From Betaproteobacteria bacterium (GTDB lineage: Bacteria > Pseudomonadota > Gammaproteobacteria > Burkholderiales > Rhodocyclaceae): DNA of 64,000 nt. A program made the translations under genes and the position numbers. Below, piece by piece: positions 9,520-20,001 of this stretch. Below the pieces are notes generated by a model. It was not told the DNA's origin and did no database searches. It saw only the letters and a list, made by a program, of their open reading frames with translations. Position 1 is the stretch's first letter; every line of letters starts with the position of its first letter. The stretch lies in NCBI GenBank assembly GCA_009782565.1, contig WRIU01000012.1, positions 5,070-69,069 of the forward strand, given 5' to 3'.

Positions 9520-11377
9520 CGGGACGCCCCCCAAAGCGTGGCGGCCAAGTGGCAATCTCACCCCGTATCGCGCTGTGAAGCGACAATTCACAGAATGAAT
9601 TCATGGAAACATGCCGTGCCAGAAACTGCTCCAGCACACAGCCGAACAGATACGAACTGCTTCCGTCGAAAACCAGTTCATCGATAGTCGCCTTGATGCC
9701 GACTCCCCGTCCGAACACCAGCGGCCCGGAAACCGGCAAACGGCGGATCACGGGAAAAGATTCCATCCTGACGATGGATTGACCGTATCTTGCCATGGCG
9801 GGGTCGCCAAGCGCCCCGTACAGCCCGAGCAGACCCCGCATCGCCATTGCGCCCCCCTTGACATCCATGTTCCGCATGGCAAGGTAGTTCAGCGACAGAT
9901 GGCTGATGAGCCGCCAGGTCATCTCCCGCTCGGCCACTGGAAAACGTGGCCGTGAAGGGCCGCGCAGGATGCGCCCCCAACTCATCGGCATATTCGCTTT
10001 CACCGCCAGGTCATGCGGGCTGTTGACGGAAATCAACAGCGGCAAATCGCGGTTCGTCAACAGCATCGACAGCGACAACTGAGCCAGATCTTCCTGCCAG
10101 GGCGCTTCATTCATGTCGACGAGCGACAGGAACACCTCAGTACCCGCATAGCTCGATCGCGCGCCCCTGCGCTGCGAAGACTCGGACGCCCGCCGCATCT
10201 CGCGCCGCGTCGTGAAATAGGCTTCGCGGCCACCGGCATCGTTGCCGATGAAATGGTAAAAAGGCGCAAACCGGGTGATGGGATTGTTACCGCGATCAAA
10301 CCCCTCGACGCTATCGATCCGGTACACCTCGTAATCCCGGGGCTTGCTGCGATCCGGGACGACATGCTGCTCGGAGGCGGAATGCGTCAACACCAGGCGG
10401 ACGCCCTGCTGGCTGAACACGTTGATGACCGGTACGCAATCGAGTTCGAAACAGTCCTTGTGCACCGCGCTGGCGAGTGTGCCGACATCCCGGTCGATCA
10501 GCACCGTCAGATCGAAAACGCCCTTGCCCAACCGGCTCAGAGCCGGCCGTAGCCCGTTGATGGAAAAGAAAAGGTAACGCTGCGGGAACGCAAAATATTC
10601 GTGCAGCAACCTGTAGCCCTGAAAAACCCTGGGGTCCGTCGGCAACAGCGCCTGATCGGCTCCGAAACCCTCTGCCTGCAAGGCACCGGCAGGCAGATAC
10701 ATAGACCCGCTGCCGCCGGGGGCACTCACCGTTACTCCCAGGCAATGACCAAACAATTCTTCATATATCTGGGTCGCGACCACATCCTGAGCCGAGATGA
10801 AAAATACCAATCGGTCAGGATGCGGCTGCCCCTCTTCGACCGGCACCCGATAGTTCAGGCGCAACCGGATCTCCCCCTGCACTTCCTTGCTGCCGTGTAC
10901 ATGGGGCAAACCATTCGGCTTCTCGGTGGGAACCCCCGCCTTCGCTTCCCGGATTTCGAGCGGCCAGGCTTCCATATCCTGCGCCGTCACGAACGTGCAA
11001 GGCGTCGACGTCCCCGTAACCATGGCGCTTTCGAGCACCGTGCCGCGAGGTAGCCGCGCGCCGGACTGCACCTCTGCATCCTGGTTCAACGGTATCTGCA
11101 CGATGGCCATCGACGGCGTTGGCGCAAGGTAATGCGGATAGACGACTTCGAGCAGGTATTGTGAGAAACGTGGGAACTCGGCATCCATTTTCAGGTGGAT
11201 GCGGGAAGACAGGAACGCAAACCCTTCCAGCAAGCGTTCGACGTAGGGATCGGCTATCTCGGTTGCCTGCATGCCGAGATGACCAGCCGCCTTGGGGAAC
11301 GATTCGGCAAATTCCGCCCCAAGTTCCCGCAGGTAGACCAGTTCCCGGTTGTAGTAGTCGAGAAACTTTGCATCCAT
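9512..11377 (-). CDS. tssF: T6SS baseplate protein TssF.
   Basis: The N-terminus MDAKFLDYYNRELVYLRELGAEFAESFPK is typical of TssF/ImpG. The protein is 621 aa. Confidence 0.9.
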   Translation of the reverse strand: MDAKFLDYYNRELVYLRELGAEFAESFPKAAGHLGMQATEIADPYVERLLEGFAFLSSRIHLKMDAEFPRFSQYLLEVVYPHYLAPTPSMAIVQIPLNQDAEVQSGARLPRGTVLESAMVTGTSTPCTFVTAQDMEAWPLEIREAKAGVPTEKPNGLPHVHGSKEVQGEIRLRLNYRVPVEEGQPHPDRLVFFISAQDVVATQIYEELFGHCLGVTVSAPGGSGSMYLPAGALQAEGFGADQALLPTDPRVFQGYRLLHEYFAFPQRYLFFSINGLRPALSRLGKGVFDLTVLIDRDVGTLASAVHKDCFELDCVPVINVFSQQGVRLVLTHSASEQHVVPDRSKPRDYEVYRIDSVEGFDRGNNPITRFAPFYHFIGNDAGGREAYFTTRREMRRASESSQRRGARSSYAGTEVFLSLVDMNEAPWQEDLAQLSLSMLLTNRDLPLLISVNSPHDLAVKANMPMSWGRILRGPSRPRFPVAEREMTWRLISHLSLNYLAMRNMDVKGGAMAMRGLLGLYGALGDPAMARYGQSIVRMESFPVIRRLPVSGPLVFGRGVGIKATIDELVFDGSSSYLFGCVLEQFLARHVSMNSFCELSLHSAIRGEIATWPPRFGGRPDA

Positions 11378-11383
11378 CTGCGT

Positions 11384-14300
11384 TTAACCTCTCGGCGTAC
11401 CCTGCGACGGCATGACCTGCGGACATCTGAATTTTCTCAGTTCCGGCAGATTGAACGGGTTATTGGTGCTCGATGGGCGAATTTCAAAGGTCGACCTGCG
11501 CCCGCCGACATTAAGCACGACCTCGAAAACATCGGGAGATGTGCCCGGACGTATCTGCCCATACTTGTCAAACAGCCGATGCAAAGCCCATAGCCCGGTC
11601 TCAGTGACGTTATTGACGCCGTTATCGACGGGCGGCAACAGAGCCATACGCACCTCGCCACCGCCTGAACCTGGCCATGCGACCGTTACCGGCACACTCG
11701 GCCCGTGGGCATACCGTATCTGTTGCCCGCCAATGTTCAGATTCAGGTTCGTGATCGAGCCATCCATGAGCAACGGTTTGATCGAGAAAGAAATTTCGGG
11801 CTGGTTCCCACTGCGGAAAAAGGTATCCATGATGGTACGCGCATACTCAAACTCAACGGGCAACCTCGCGCCCGGCCCCTGTTGCTGGCGGAACCGATCC
11901 ATCCTGCCGCCAGGCGCGAACATGTCCGCAAAATCATTTTTCTGAACACTGGCTGCTGCGCCAGAACTGAACGGGTAACGACCAGCAATCGTCTTCTTGC
12001 AGAATTCCGTCACCTCGTCCTTCAGGTTGTTGGTGTCGTGGCTGCGTTTGGCAGTATCAATCTCAGTTTTGCTTCCATCGGAGACATCCCTGAGCACGCC
12101 CCTGAAAGGCTCCGGCATTACTCCCGGCGGAATGTTCGACAATGACGTCAGGGAACCCGTATCGGGCATCGGTTGGCGTGTTTCCTTCGCATAAACCGCC
12201 CGATCCAGGAGATCCTTGACCCCATTGAGTGTTTTCATTTGCTGGAGTATCGGGGCGCTGCTGCCCTCCCCGCCGTTGCCATTGACGAACTTACGCAAAG
12301 GGGCGAAATGCCTGTTGACGGCCATCGCGGCTTCATCCTCTCGCGGCAGCAGGCTGGATGCGGCATCCGCAGCTCCCGAAACTCCCGCGCGGCTGTCGAC
12401 TGCTTGCCTGACACGGTTCTCAAGCGAGGAGACCAACGAACCGCTCTCTTTACTTTCCGGCTCCTTCACCAGTTCCGTTTCCCGCACCACGCCCTTCAGG
12501 AAGCGCAGCAACGGAGAATCGTCCAAGGACAAGCGCGTGACGATTTGCGAGGCTTCAGTCAGCGACTTCGGTTTGGCGACCCCTACGTTGTCGATGTAGT
12601 TCTGCCAATGCGAAATGTATTCACTCGCATACAGGACGGTGACGGCACGGCTCAATTCGGCCTTGTCCGACCCGATAGCGCGCGCGTTTTCATTAATACC
12701 GAGCACCCACGATTCATCCTTTTCGATACGGCTCAAAACGCGCTTACGTTCCTCCTTGAACAATTCGTAGCCTTTTTTCGTGAACAAGGATGGAACGAAC
12801 TGCGTCTCGTCTCCCGTCCTGAAAATGAGCGGCCACATATGCCCGTCGAGTTCGCTCAACATTGAAAAATTTTGTAACACGTCAAATTTCGAACTGCCTT
12901 TCACCTGCCTGAAAGCGCGCTGTGCGGGCGTTTTCCTGTTGAGTTGATCGCGAACGTCCCTGACCAGTTTATCGTTCTTCGTTTTGGAAGCAGCCAGCGC
13001 GTTCATGGAAACCAACGCTCTGGCATGGCGCACGAACGACGCCCTTTCCCCATCGTTGGAAAAAACGGTTCCCAGAGAAGCGTCCACGGACTCGATGAAG
13101 GCACCCTCGTTGAGACGATCCTGCTCGTGCATCATCAGGTAAGCTTTCAACGCATCATACGCCGGGTCAATGTCACCAGCATCCACGGCCCGGCGCAGCC
13201 TTTGTTCCAGGCTGGCGTCGATTGCCGGAGCGAGGCGCTCCGACAACAACCGCCTGTACAACCCCCTTTCCCCCCTGACTTTCGCCTTGAGAGCCGAGCC
13301 CTGAAAAAGCCCGAACCGCCACCACAGCGGCGGATTGTCGACCTTGACCGAATCGGTATCCAGCAAGAATTCCGCCATGTCCAGCGTCGGTAGCAACTGG
13401 TCGATGCCGCCTCCAGGCACCGAGGGGAGCCTGGACAACTCCTTGCCCATCTCGGTGACTCTCCTATCGACTTCTCCGAGATAGCTCTGATTGTTGTGTC
13501 TGCTCGTCGCCCAGGCCAGCGTCGCGCCCGCCAGCGCAAGCACGCTGAAGACATATCCGCTTGTATGCCAGGCATATGAACGCCGTTCCGCGCGCCGATC
13601 TTGACCGGCAATATGCGCTTCCCCGAAAACGACCTTGCTGAGAAGCTCATGCAAAAAGTAAGCCTTGCCTTCCCCGGCAACGGCCTGTTTCTGCGGGCGT
13701 TGCACCACAAAACCCTGCCCAAGCGCGTGAACGACCCGGTCGAAGGGCGTGCCTTCCTGCGTGGCGCTGGTGAAATAAATGCCGCGCAGGAGCGGGGATT
13801 CCGAAAAACGCGAGGTTTCCAGCAAATCCGACAACATCCCCTTGAGGACTTGCGTGAGCGCCTCGAACTGCTGCGGGAAAGCGTAAATCAGTTCACGGCG
13901 GGCCAGGTCGGATTCGGCCTGTAAGACATCGACCAGCCCGGCGTTGATCCGCGTTTGCAAAAGATCGCATTCGGAGGCGAGGTTCCCCAGGTCGAACAGG
14001 TATTTCCCGGACGGATCGAGCGGCAAGGTCGTGCCCCACACCTGCGCGCGTCCGGAGCGGTCGAGCGTCGAAAAATACTCATCGAACCCCAACAGCAAGT
14101 CGCACTTGTTGATCAGCAGATACACCGGGAACGACATCCCGAGGTCGCTTCGCAACTCATCGAGCCGCTGGCGCAGTGTGGACGCGTGTTTCTGGCATTC
14201 TTCCCGTCCCTGCCCGAGCAGTTCGGCCACCGAGAGCATCACCAGCACACCATTGATCGGTTGCCGGGCGCGGTTTTTCTTCAACAGCGAGAGAAAACCG

Positions 14301-14947
14301 CGCCATTCCGCCTTGTCCGTCTGCACATCGGTTTCGTGCGTCGTGTAGCGGCCGGCGGTATCAATGAACACGGCTTCATTCGTAAACCACCAGTCGCAAT
14401 TCCGCGTACCACCGGCGCCGCGTATCGCCCCCGCGCCAATCTGGCCGGAAAGCGGAAACGAGAGGCCGGAATTAAGCAGCGCCGTGGTTTTTCCAACACC
14501 CGGCGCGCCGATGATCACGTACCAAGGCAACTCATACACATACCGGCCATGTCGCACGAGACGCCCCCAGAACGAGGAGGACTGTCCGGGAGCCTCGAAC
14601 CGCGCCTTACGCAATATATTGAGCGCCTCGGTAAAACGGTCTTTCAGAATGGCCGTCTGGCCCTTGTCCGCAGTAGCACCCGTGTCCGCACTCAGGCTTG
14701 TACGCAGCATATTGGCAATGCGCTCGTTCATCCGTCCGGCATGCCAACGCGCAATCAGCAGACGCACCAAAACCCAGATGAGGATCAACCCGATCAGGAA
14801 CCCCCTGGCCCATGGCGATTCGAGCGGGCGTACTTCGCCGAACGCGAGCAGATCCCCGAACATCCAGATCAGCGCGCAAAGGATGATGACGCCGATCAAG
14901 ACCCAGAAGGAGCGGGAACGCAAGAGCTTGAAAATACCCCCTATCAC
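11384..14947 (-). CDS. tssM: T6SS membrane-complex protein TssM (IcmF).
   Basis: The protein is 1187 aa with N-terminal TM helices, a Walker A box (GAPGVGKTT) and a long periplasmic IcmF-like C-terminal part. Confidence 0.92.
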   Translation of the reverse strand: MIGGIFKLLRSRSFWVLIGVIILCALIWMFGDLLAFGEVRPLESPWARGFLIGLILIWVLVRLLIARWHAGRMNERIANMLRTSLSADTGATADKGQTAILKDRFTEALNILRKARFEAPGQSSSFWGRLVRHGRYVYELPWYVIIGAPGVGKTTALLNSGLSFPLSGQIGAGAIRGAGGTRNCDWWFTNEAVFIDTAGRYTTHETDVQTDKAEWRGFLSLLKKNRARQPINGVLVMLSVAELLGQGREECQKHASTLRQRLDELRSDLGMSFPVYLLINKCDLLLGFDEYFSTLDRSGRAQVWGTTLPLDPSGKYLFDLGNLASECDLLQTRINAGLVDVLQAESDLARRELIYAFPQQFEALTQVLKGMLSDLLETSRFSESPLLRGIYFTSATQEGTPFDRVVHALGQGFVVQRPQKQAVAGEGKAYFLHELLSKVVFGEAHIAGQDRRAERRSYAWHTSGYVFSVLALAGATLAWATSRHNNQSYLGEVDRRVTEMGKELSRLPSVPGGGIDQLLPTLDMAEFLLDTDSVKVDNPPLWWRFGLFQGSALKAKVRGERGLYRRLLSERLAPAIDASLEQRLRRAVDAGDIDPAYDALKAYLMMHEQDRLNEGAFIESVDASLGTVFSNDGERASFVRHARALVSMNALAASKTKNDKLVRDVRDQLNRKTPAQRAFRQVKGSSKFDVLQNFSMLSELDGHMWPLIFRTGDETQFVPSLFTKKGYELFKEERKRVLSRIEKDESWVLGINENARAIGSDKAELSRAVTVLYASEYISHWQNYIDNVGVAKPKSLTEASQIVTRLSLDDSPLLRFLKGVVRETELVKEPESKESGSLVSSLENRVRQAVDSRAGVSGAADAASSLLPREDEAAMAVNRHFAPLRKFVNGNGGEGSSAPILQQMKTLNGVKDLLDRAVYAKETRQPMPDTGSLTSLSNIPPGVMPEPFRGVLRDVSDGSKTEIDTAKRSHDTNNLKDEVTEFCKKTIAGRYPFSSGAAASVQKNDFADMFAPGGRMDRFRQQQGPGARLPVEFEYARTIMDTFFRSGNQPEISFSIKPLLMDGSITNLNLNIGGQQIRYAHGPSVPVTVAWPGSGGGEVRMALLPPVDNGVNNVTETGLWALHRLFDKYGQIRPGTSPDVFEVVLNVGGRRSTFEIRPSSTNNPFNLPELRKFRCPQVMPSQGTPRG

Positions 14948-16200
14948 TGCTCGCCTCCTGATCGGTTAAGTGGCTCTTGCGCGGCTTGCCTGATGGAAAT
15001 TTCAACGCGACGGTTCCTTGCGCGGCCTTCCGACGTCTCGTTATTCGCAATCGGGTAATCCGCGCCGTACCCCTCGGCTCTGGTGCGGCCCGTCGTCCCC
15101 AAACGGCTGTCGAGCAGTTTCTTGACCGATTCGGCGCGCGCCTGCGACAGCTCTTCGTTGGAAGTGAAACGCAAGCTACAGGAAGCAAGCCCCCTGCTGC
15201 AAATGGGAATATTGTCGGTATGCCCCATTACGATCGCCTCGACCTTGACATCCCGAACCGCGTCGGCAACGCCATTGATCACATCCAGGTAAGCAGTACG
15301 GATGGTGGCGCTCCCGGACCCGAACAGTTCGTCGCCCTTCAAGGTGACGACGCAGTGGCCTTCATATGGCGTCACCGTGACGAGGCTCCCGTCCATTCTC
15401 CGAGTGAGTTGGACGCACAGGCTTTCCACGACGGGAGGCGTTGGAAGCGGCGCGGGTTTCTCCACAGCCAACGCCGGAATTTTCAACGAATTCAGGTTCG
15501 CGGAGGTGACATTCATGCGATCACCCAGCGAAAATAAAAATACGATGTAAATCCCCATCCCGATCAGGGCGCACAACATCGCCACGACCCAGGGGGGAAT
15601 CAGCCGCCAGGCGGGCGGCGTGGAACTGACGCCCTGCCAGTGCGGAGAGAGGCGATTTTCATAGCCTCCCCTGCAATTGGCGAGAATCGTGGCAATCCGC
15701 CTCTTAAGTTGCTCAAGCTGGCTGTAGCCGTTGTTTTCGACCCTGAAACGCCCTTCAAAACCCAAGGCATTACAGTAATACAGCAACTCGATCAGATCCT
15801 TGTGGCGCTCAGGGTTTTGCGCGAGGCGGGCGAGAAGTTGGTAATACTTTTCCCCGCCCCAAGTTTCATTGTGAAAAGAGACAAGCAGACCTTGTTTAGC
15901 CCACACACCATTGCTTCCCCACGGCGTCATTGCCGCGACTTCATCGAGGACGGTGCACAGGCAATAGCGCGCCCCGATCAAATCCTCGCGCGGTACACCG
16001 ACCGATTGCGCGCGCTGCTCGAAATGGTTGATTTCCAGAACCAGGCGTTCCCGCAATTTCGCGGGATCGCCAAGCTGATGTGTGCCGCGGATCTGTGCAA
16101 TCATGTCGAGAAGGCGATTGGCCGCCCACACGAGCGGATTCACACCGCCAGCGCGGTTGTATTCCGGCTCAGGCAAAGACGCCCGCATCGCGCCGCTCAT
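14944..16200 (-). CDS. tssL: T6SS TssL (DotU) fused to an OmpA/MotB-like peptidoglycan-binding domain.
   Basis: A DotU-like N-terminal half (NPLVWAANRLL..YCLCTVLDE) is followed by a TM helix. The C-terminus carries GHTDN...NRRVEI. The start overlaps the tssK stop as ATGA at 16197-16200. Confidence 0.88.
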   Translation of the reverse strand: MSGAMRASLPEPEYNRAGGVNPLVWAANRLLDMIAQIRGTHQLGDPAKLRERLVLEINHFEQRAQSVGVPREDLIGARYCLCTVLDEVAAMTPWGSNGVWAKQGLLVSFHNETWGGEKYYQLLARLAQNPERHKDLIELLYYCNALGFEGRFRVENNGYSQLEQLKRRIATILANCRGGYENRLSPHWQGVSSTPPAWRLIPPWVVAMLCALIGMGIYIVFLFSLGDRMNVTSANLNSLKIPALAVEKPAPLPTPPVVESLCVQLTRRMDGSLVTVTPYEGHCVVTLKGDELFGSGSATIRTAYLDVINGVADAVRDVKVEAIVMGHTDNIPICSRGLASCSLRFTSNEELSQARAESVKKLLDSRLGTTGRTRAEGYGADYPIANNETSEGRARNRRVEISIRQAAQEPLNRSGGEQ

Positions 16201-17531
16201 TTGCGTATCGCCCAGCATTCAAGGGCAAGACCCGGAAAATCTCCTGCAATATGCAGCGCCATGGCCGCGCTTTTCTCCATGTCCTGCCATAACTCGTGCC
16301 GGGTATCGATTTCGAAATAACTGAACCCCGCGTGGTACGGAAGCTCCCTCGGCGCAACAGGCAGTGGCCGCAGGGGGACGCCGCCCAGTTGCAGGTTGAT
16401 GAGGTCGCGTATCTTCTCCACCGGCCCGATCTTGGTTTGAGCCGGAAACTGCGCCTGTATCTTTTCCGGGGGCATATTTGCGTTCATGGCCAGCACGAAA
16501 GAAGCCTGTTTGAGCAAGGAGCGGTCGGGGATCACCGCAATCCTGACCCCGAATTTCTTGAGTTCCAGTTCGATGCTGATGACCGTCTGGTCGAGCACGA
16601 TCGCCAGCGCCTTTCGCAAATCGTCCATGAGCGGCGAAAATGTCGCCTGCAAATTGTCGTGGACATATTCCAGATATTTGGGCGCGCGCTTGTTTGCTGC
16701 CGAAAAGGAACCCATCTCCCCACCCAGGCAAATCAGATTCGCATAGAGGCGTTCCGGGTGCAGCGGTTCGACTTTCGTGAGATGCTCGATAAGCGGATGC
16801 CAGCGGTTGATGAACGAGAGCAACAGAAAATCACCGACTTCGGAAACCCCACCGCGCCCGCCTCCCGACAGCCGCGCAGCGAGAGCCCCCCCCCGCTGGT
16901 CAAGCAATCCCAATATCTCCCTGACAAATCCGGCCAGTTTTTCCTGCGCGCTGCAATGCAACGTCGGTGGGATATACTCGCTATCGATGCGTAGTTCGTT
17001 GTTCGTCCGCCGCTCGACGACCTTGAGCATCCCCATCGCCATCCAGCCATTCGGCACGTCGGTTTCAAGCTTCAACTGAAAACGGGGGCGCCCCACCTGT
17101 ATCTCCGCCTCCTCCGCGCCGGATTCATTGCCATCCTCGATCTTGAACGCCACCGCCCTGAACCGCGCCGCGCTGGTGTCGCTCTCATCGTAAATGACGC
17201 TTTCCGCGCCGTCCCGCAATGAGGGCAGCACCAGGCAGACCTTGACGCTTTTCGCGCCCGGCGGAACAACAAACTCCAGCGGCTGAATCTTGTCCTTGTT
17301 CAGATCGAAAGGTGTCCCATCCGGCATCACCCCCTTGGCCCGGTTGACTACGATCTTTCCCTGCATCAACGCATTGGGATCGATCTCAAGCGCGGAAAAC
17401 CCCCAGAAAAACCCTGTGAAAGAAGTGACACAGCGTTGCACATAAGACTCGACATAACGCTCCTGCTGTTGGAAATGCTGCGGGCGCAGGAACATCCCTT
17501 CCGACCAGACAACCTTGTTGATATAGCTCAT
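16197..17531 (-). CDS. tssK: T6SS baseplate protein TssK.
   Basis: The N-terminus VVWSEGMFLRPQHFQQQERY is diagnostic of TssK/ImpJ. The protein is 444 aa. Confidence 0.9.
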   Translation of the reverse strand: MSYINKVVWSEGMFLRPQHFQQQERYVESYVQRCVTSFTGFFWGFSALEIDPNALMQGKIVVNRAKGVMPDGTPFDLNKDKIQPLEFVVPPGAKSVKVCLVLPSLRDGAESVIYDESDTSAARFRAVAFKIEDGNESGAEEAEIQVGRPRFQLKLETDVPNGWMAMGMLKVVERRTNNELRIDSEYIPPTLHCSAQEKLAGFVREILGLLDQRGGALAARLSGGGRGGVSEVGDFLLLSFINRWHPLIEHLTKVEPLHPERLYANLICLGGEMGSFSAANKRAPKYLEYVHDNLQATFSPLMDDLRKALAIVLDQTVISIELELKKFGVRIAVIPDRSLLKQASFVLAMNANMPPEKIQAQFPAQTKIGPVEKIRDLINLQLGGVPLRPLPVAPRELPYHAGFSYFEIDTRHELWQDMEKSAAMALHIAGDFPGLALECWAIRK

Positions 17532-17632
17532 CCGTTACCCGACAAAAATAAAAAATGAATCATGACATAGGAAAACACACTGGAACTCCCGCCCCAAAGC
17601 AGCCTTGCACCAGGCTCCGACAGCGCCGCCTT

Positions 17633-18187
17633 TCATTTTTCGGACGGTTCTTCCTCGCGGATCACCACGCCGTTCTTGTCCAGCACCACGAACAGCCGCA
17701 CGGTTGGCGACACGGATTTCGTCCAGAGGCGGCCAGCAAGGTAAGGCTCCGGCAGCGGCACGGCAACGCGCCATGTACTGCTGCCCAAGTCGCGGTAGCC
17801 CGCGACGACCCCCAGGAATTTGCTCTGAAGCGAGGCCCGCTTTCGCATGACCCGGACTTCACCGGGGAGCAGGGTATGTTCCTCGCTGGAAAGCACATCC
17901 CCTTCCAGCGACACATTGCCCTGCCCCATCAACTCAAAATAATCGGCAGCCTGGAACCGCGACTCGTTTGTAAGCTCAAATACCCTCACGACGATCGGTG
18001 AAGGCCGACCCGTTGCAGTTGGATTGACGTTTTCCAGCGCTCCAAGGGTGATTTCCAACGGAATCGGAAGCTTTTCTCTCTCCCCCGTATTTACTTTTGG
18101 CCCTAAAAGGCCGCACCCTGAAAGCACCAATCCGGCAAACGCGCCAACAAAACAATATATGATCGAACGAAGAACCCTCAAATACAC
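17633..18187 (-). CDS. tssJ: T6SS outer-membrane lipoprotein TssJ.
   Basis: The lipobox LVLSGC is followed by a TssJ/SciN-like core (NVNPTATGRPSPIVVRVFEL). I chose the GTG start at 18187, preceded by GAGGGGG. The ORF track starts further upstream at a TTG (18232). Confidence 0.8.
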   Translation of the reverse strand: MYLRVLRSIIYCFVGAFAGLVLSGCGLLGPKVNTGEREKLPIPLEITLGALENVNPTATGRPSPIVVRVFELTNESRFQAADYFELMGQGNVSLEGDVLSSEEHTLLPGEVRVMRKRASLQSKFLGVVAGYRDLGSSTWRVAVPLPEPYLAGRLWTKSVSPTVRLFVVLDKNGVVIREEEPSEK

Positions 18188-18324
18188 TTCGCACCCCCTC
18201 AAAATTGCCCAAAGCCGCTGACACCCGCACAAATGGCATCTGATTATGTTGACCGGGAAAGCATAGCAAGATATATTCGTAATGTCTAGTTTCCTATATT
18301 ACCTGTTTTAGCTATTCTCCCATA

Positions 18325-19332
18325 ATGGATTCTATCTTCAGTCCCACACTCCTTGAAGCAGCAAGTTCTGCTGGAGAAGACCTGGAGTATGCTCCTGCGT
18401 TCTCCGAGTTCATGATGCTTTCAACCGCCCGTGAAGAACGCCAGATGGGCGAACATATCATTCCGGCGCAACCTCCCAATTGGAATGAAGTCTTCAGAAT
18501 GGGAACCGGCCTGCTCGAAAAGAGCCGGGATTTACGCATTCTCATTAAAGTTTGCCAGGCTGCCCTGCATAAATACGGCCTACCAGGGCTGGCTCAGGGG
18601 CTGACCCTGATGGCGCAGTGGATTGAGAACGACTGGGACTATTTATATCCTCTACTCGAAACGGATGGCGATCACGATCCTCTTTTCCGCAGTAATGTCA
18701 TCTCGGAAATATCTGATCGTGAAGGGCTTGTTTACGCTTTGCAGCAAGCTACATTCCTGGAAACATCTGTCGGCGCGATAACCGTATTCGTTGCGGAGCA
18801 GGTACTCGAAGGCAAACAGGAAGAAAACTCACTCGTTTCTTCTTCCGATCAACTTTCCAGGATGCTAATTGCGGAAAAAGACAAAAACAGGGATCGCCTG
18901 GTCGCGATTTCTTCCATTTCTTCTTCGCTGGCCTCACTCAATTCCACGCTCAAGCTACGGTTCGAATCGGAATATTGGCCCAATATCGACCTGGTAACGA
19001 GAATCGTTGCCCGCCTCGACCGTTTCGTCGCTGCACAATTACAGGAAGAAGCTTCCACCAACTCGGCCCCAGCCCAGGCAGATGAAAACATGGGCATCGT
19101 CAGCGCACCGAGGGCATCGGCACCGCTTCCCTCGTCGCTGAATACCCGCGCCGACGCGTACAAGGCACTGGCGCTGGCGCGCGAATATTTTGAACACTAT
19201 GAACCTTCCCATCCAGCCCCGCTGCTGATCCGGCGCATCGAACGGATTGGCGGTTCGGATTTTTTTGCCATCATCCAGGAACTGATGCCGGATGCCACGG
19301 GTCAGGTTCGCCTGTTCGCAGGCGAAAGTTGA
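18325..19332 (+). CDS. tssA: T6SS TssA (ImpA_N domain, short TssA1-like form).
   Basis: The N-terminal ImpA signature GEDLEYAPAFSEF is present. The gene lies divergent from tssJ and upstream of tssBC. Confidence 0.8.
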   Translation: MDSIFSPTLLEAASSAGEDLEYAPAFSEFMMLSTAREERQMGEHIIPAQPPNWNEVFRMGTGLLEKSRDLRILIKVCQAALHKYGLPGLAQGLTLMAQWIENDWDYLYPLLETDGDHDPLFRSNVISEISDREGLVYALQQATFLETSVGAITVFVAEQVLEGKQEENSLVSSSDQLSRMLIAEKDKNRDRLVAISSISSSLASLNSTLKLRFESEYWPNIDLVTRIVARLDRFVAAQLQEEASTNSAPAQADENMGIVSAPRASAPLPSSLNTRADAYKALALAREYFEHYEPSHPAPLLIRRIERIGGSDFFAIIQELMPDATGQVRLFAGES

Positions 19333-19453
19333 GGCCGATGGTAAATCAGCGAAATGTACCAACAGGGCTTCATCCCACAGAACTGCAGGATCGGTTGTTT
19401 TTTCTTTACATGTTCGGCGCTGCCGCGCCAATGACCTCAAGAAAGGAGTTCTC

Positions 19454-19996
19454 ATGACTAACGGAAAAAGCGGACAGAAATTCATTGCCCGTAATCGCGC
19501 TCCCCGCGTACAGATCGAATACGATGTCGAACTGTACGGTTCAGAAAAAAAGGTTCAGCTACCGTTCGTGATGGGCGTCATGAGCGATTTGTCCGGAAAA
19601 CCGAAAGAAGAATTGCCGCCGGTTCTGGATCGGAAATTTCTCGAAATCGACATCGACAATTTCGATGAGCGCATGAAGGCCATCAAACCGAGGATCGCTT
19701 TCACCGTCGACAACACGCTGACCGGCGAAGGGCAGATTGCGGTCGATATCACCTTCAACAGCATGGACGATTTCAAACCGGGCGCAATTGCCCAGAATGT
19801 CGAGCCATTGCGCCAAATGCTGCAAGCGCGCACCGAACTGAACAACCTGTTGTCCTACATGGACGGCAAGACTGGCGCGGAAGACCTGCTCGGCAACGTG
19901 CTGCAAGACCCGACGCTGCTCAAGTCCCTTGCCAGCGCCCCTGCCAACACTCCCTCCTCCGCCGCCAAGGGTGGCAATGACAAACAGGAAGACTGA
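19454..19996 (+). CDS. tssB: T6SS contractile sheath small subunit TssB (VipA).
   Basis: The ATG at 19454 is preceded by AAAGGAG. The sequence RAPRVQIEYDVELYGSEKKVQLPFVMGVMSDLSG is typical of TssB. Confidence 0.92.
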   Translation: MTNGKSGQKFIARNRAPRVQIEYDVELYGSEKKVQLPFVMGVMSDLSGKPKEELPPVLDRKFLEIDIDNFDERMKAIKPRIAFTVDNTLTGEGQIAVDITFNSMDDFKPGAIAQNVEPLRQMLQARTELNNLLSYMDGKTGAEDLLGNVLQDPTLLKSLASAPANTPSSAAKGGNDKQED

Positions 19997-20001
19997 CCGC
20001 C

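Noticed and set aside
1207-16320. Many 100-400-aa ORFs antisense to T6SS genes, for example 1207..2292, 6150..7367, 13955..15058 and 15640..16320.
   Set aside because: All are shadow frames of strongly supported T6SS genes. They have Arg/Pro/Gly-rich translations without motifs.
18188-18324. A sigma54 promoter (TGGCAC-N5-TTGC) in the divergent tssJ/tssA intergenic region.
   Set aside because: TGGCAT is present at about 18233-18238, but the required TTGC does not follow at the correct spacing.
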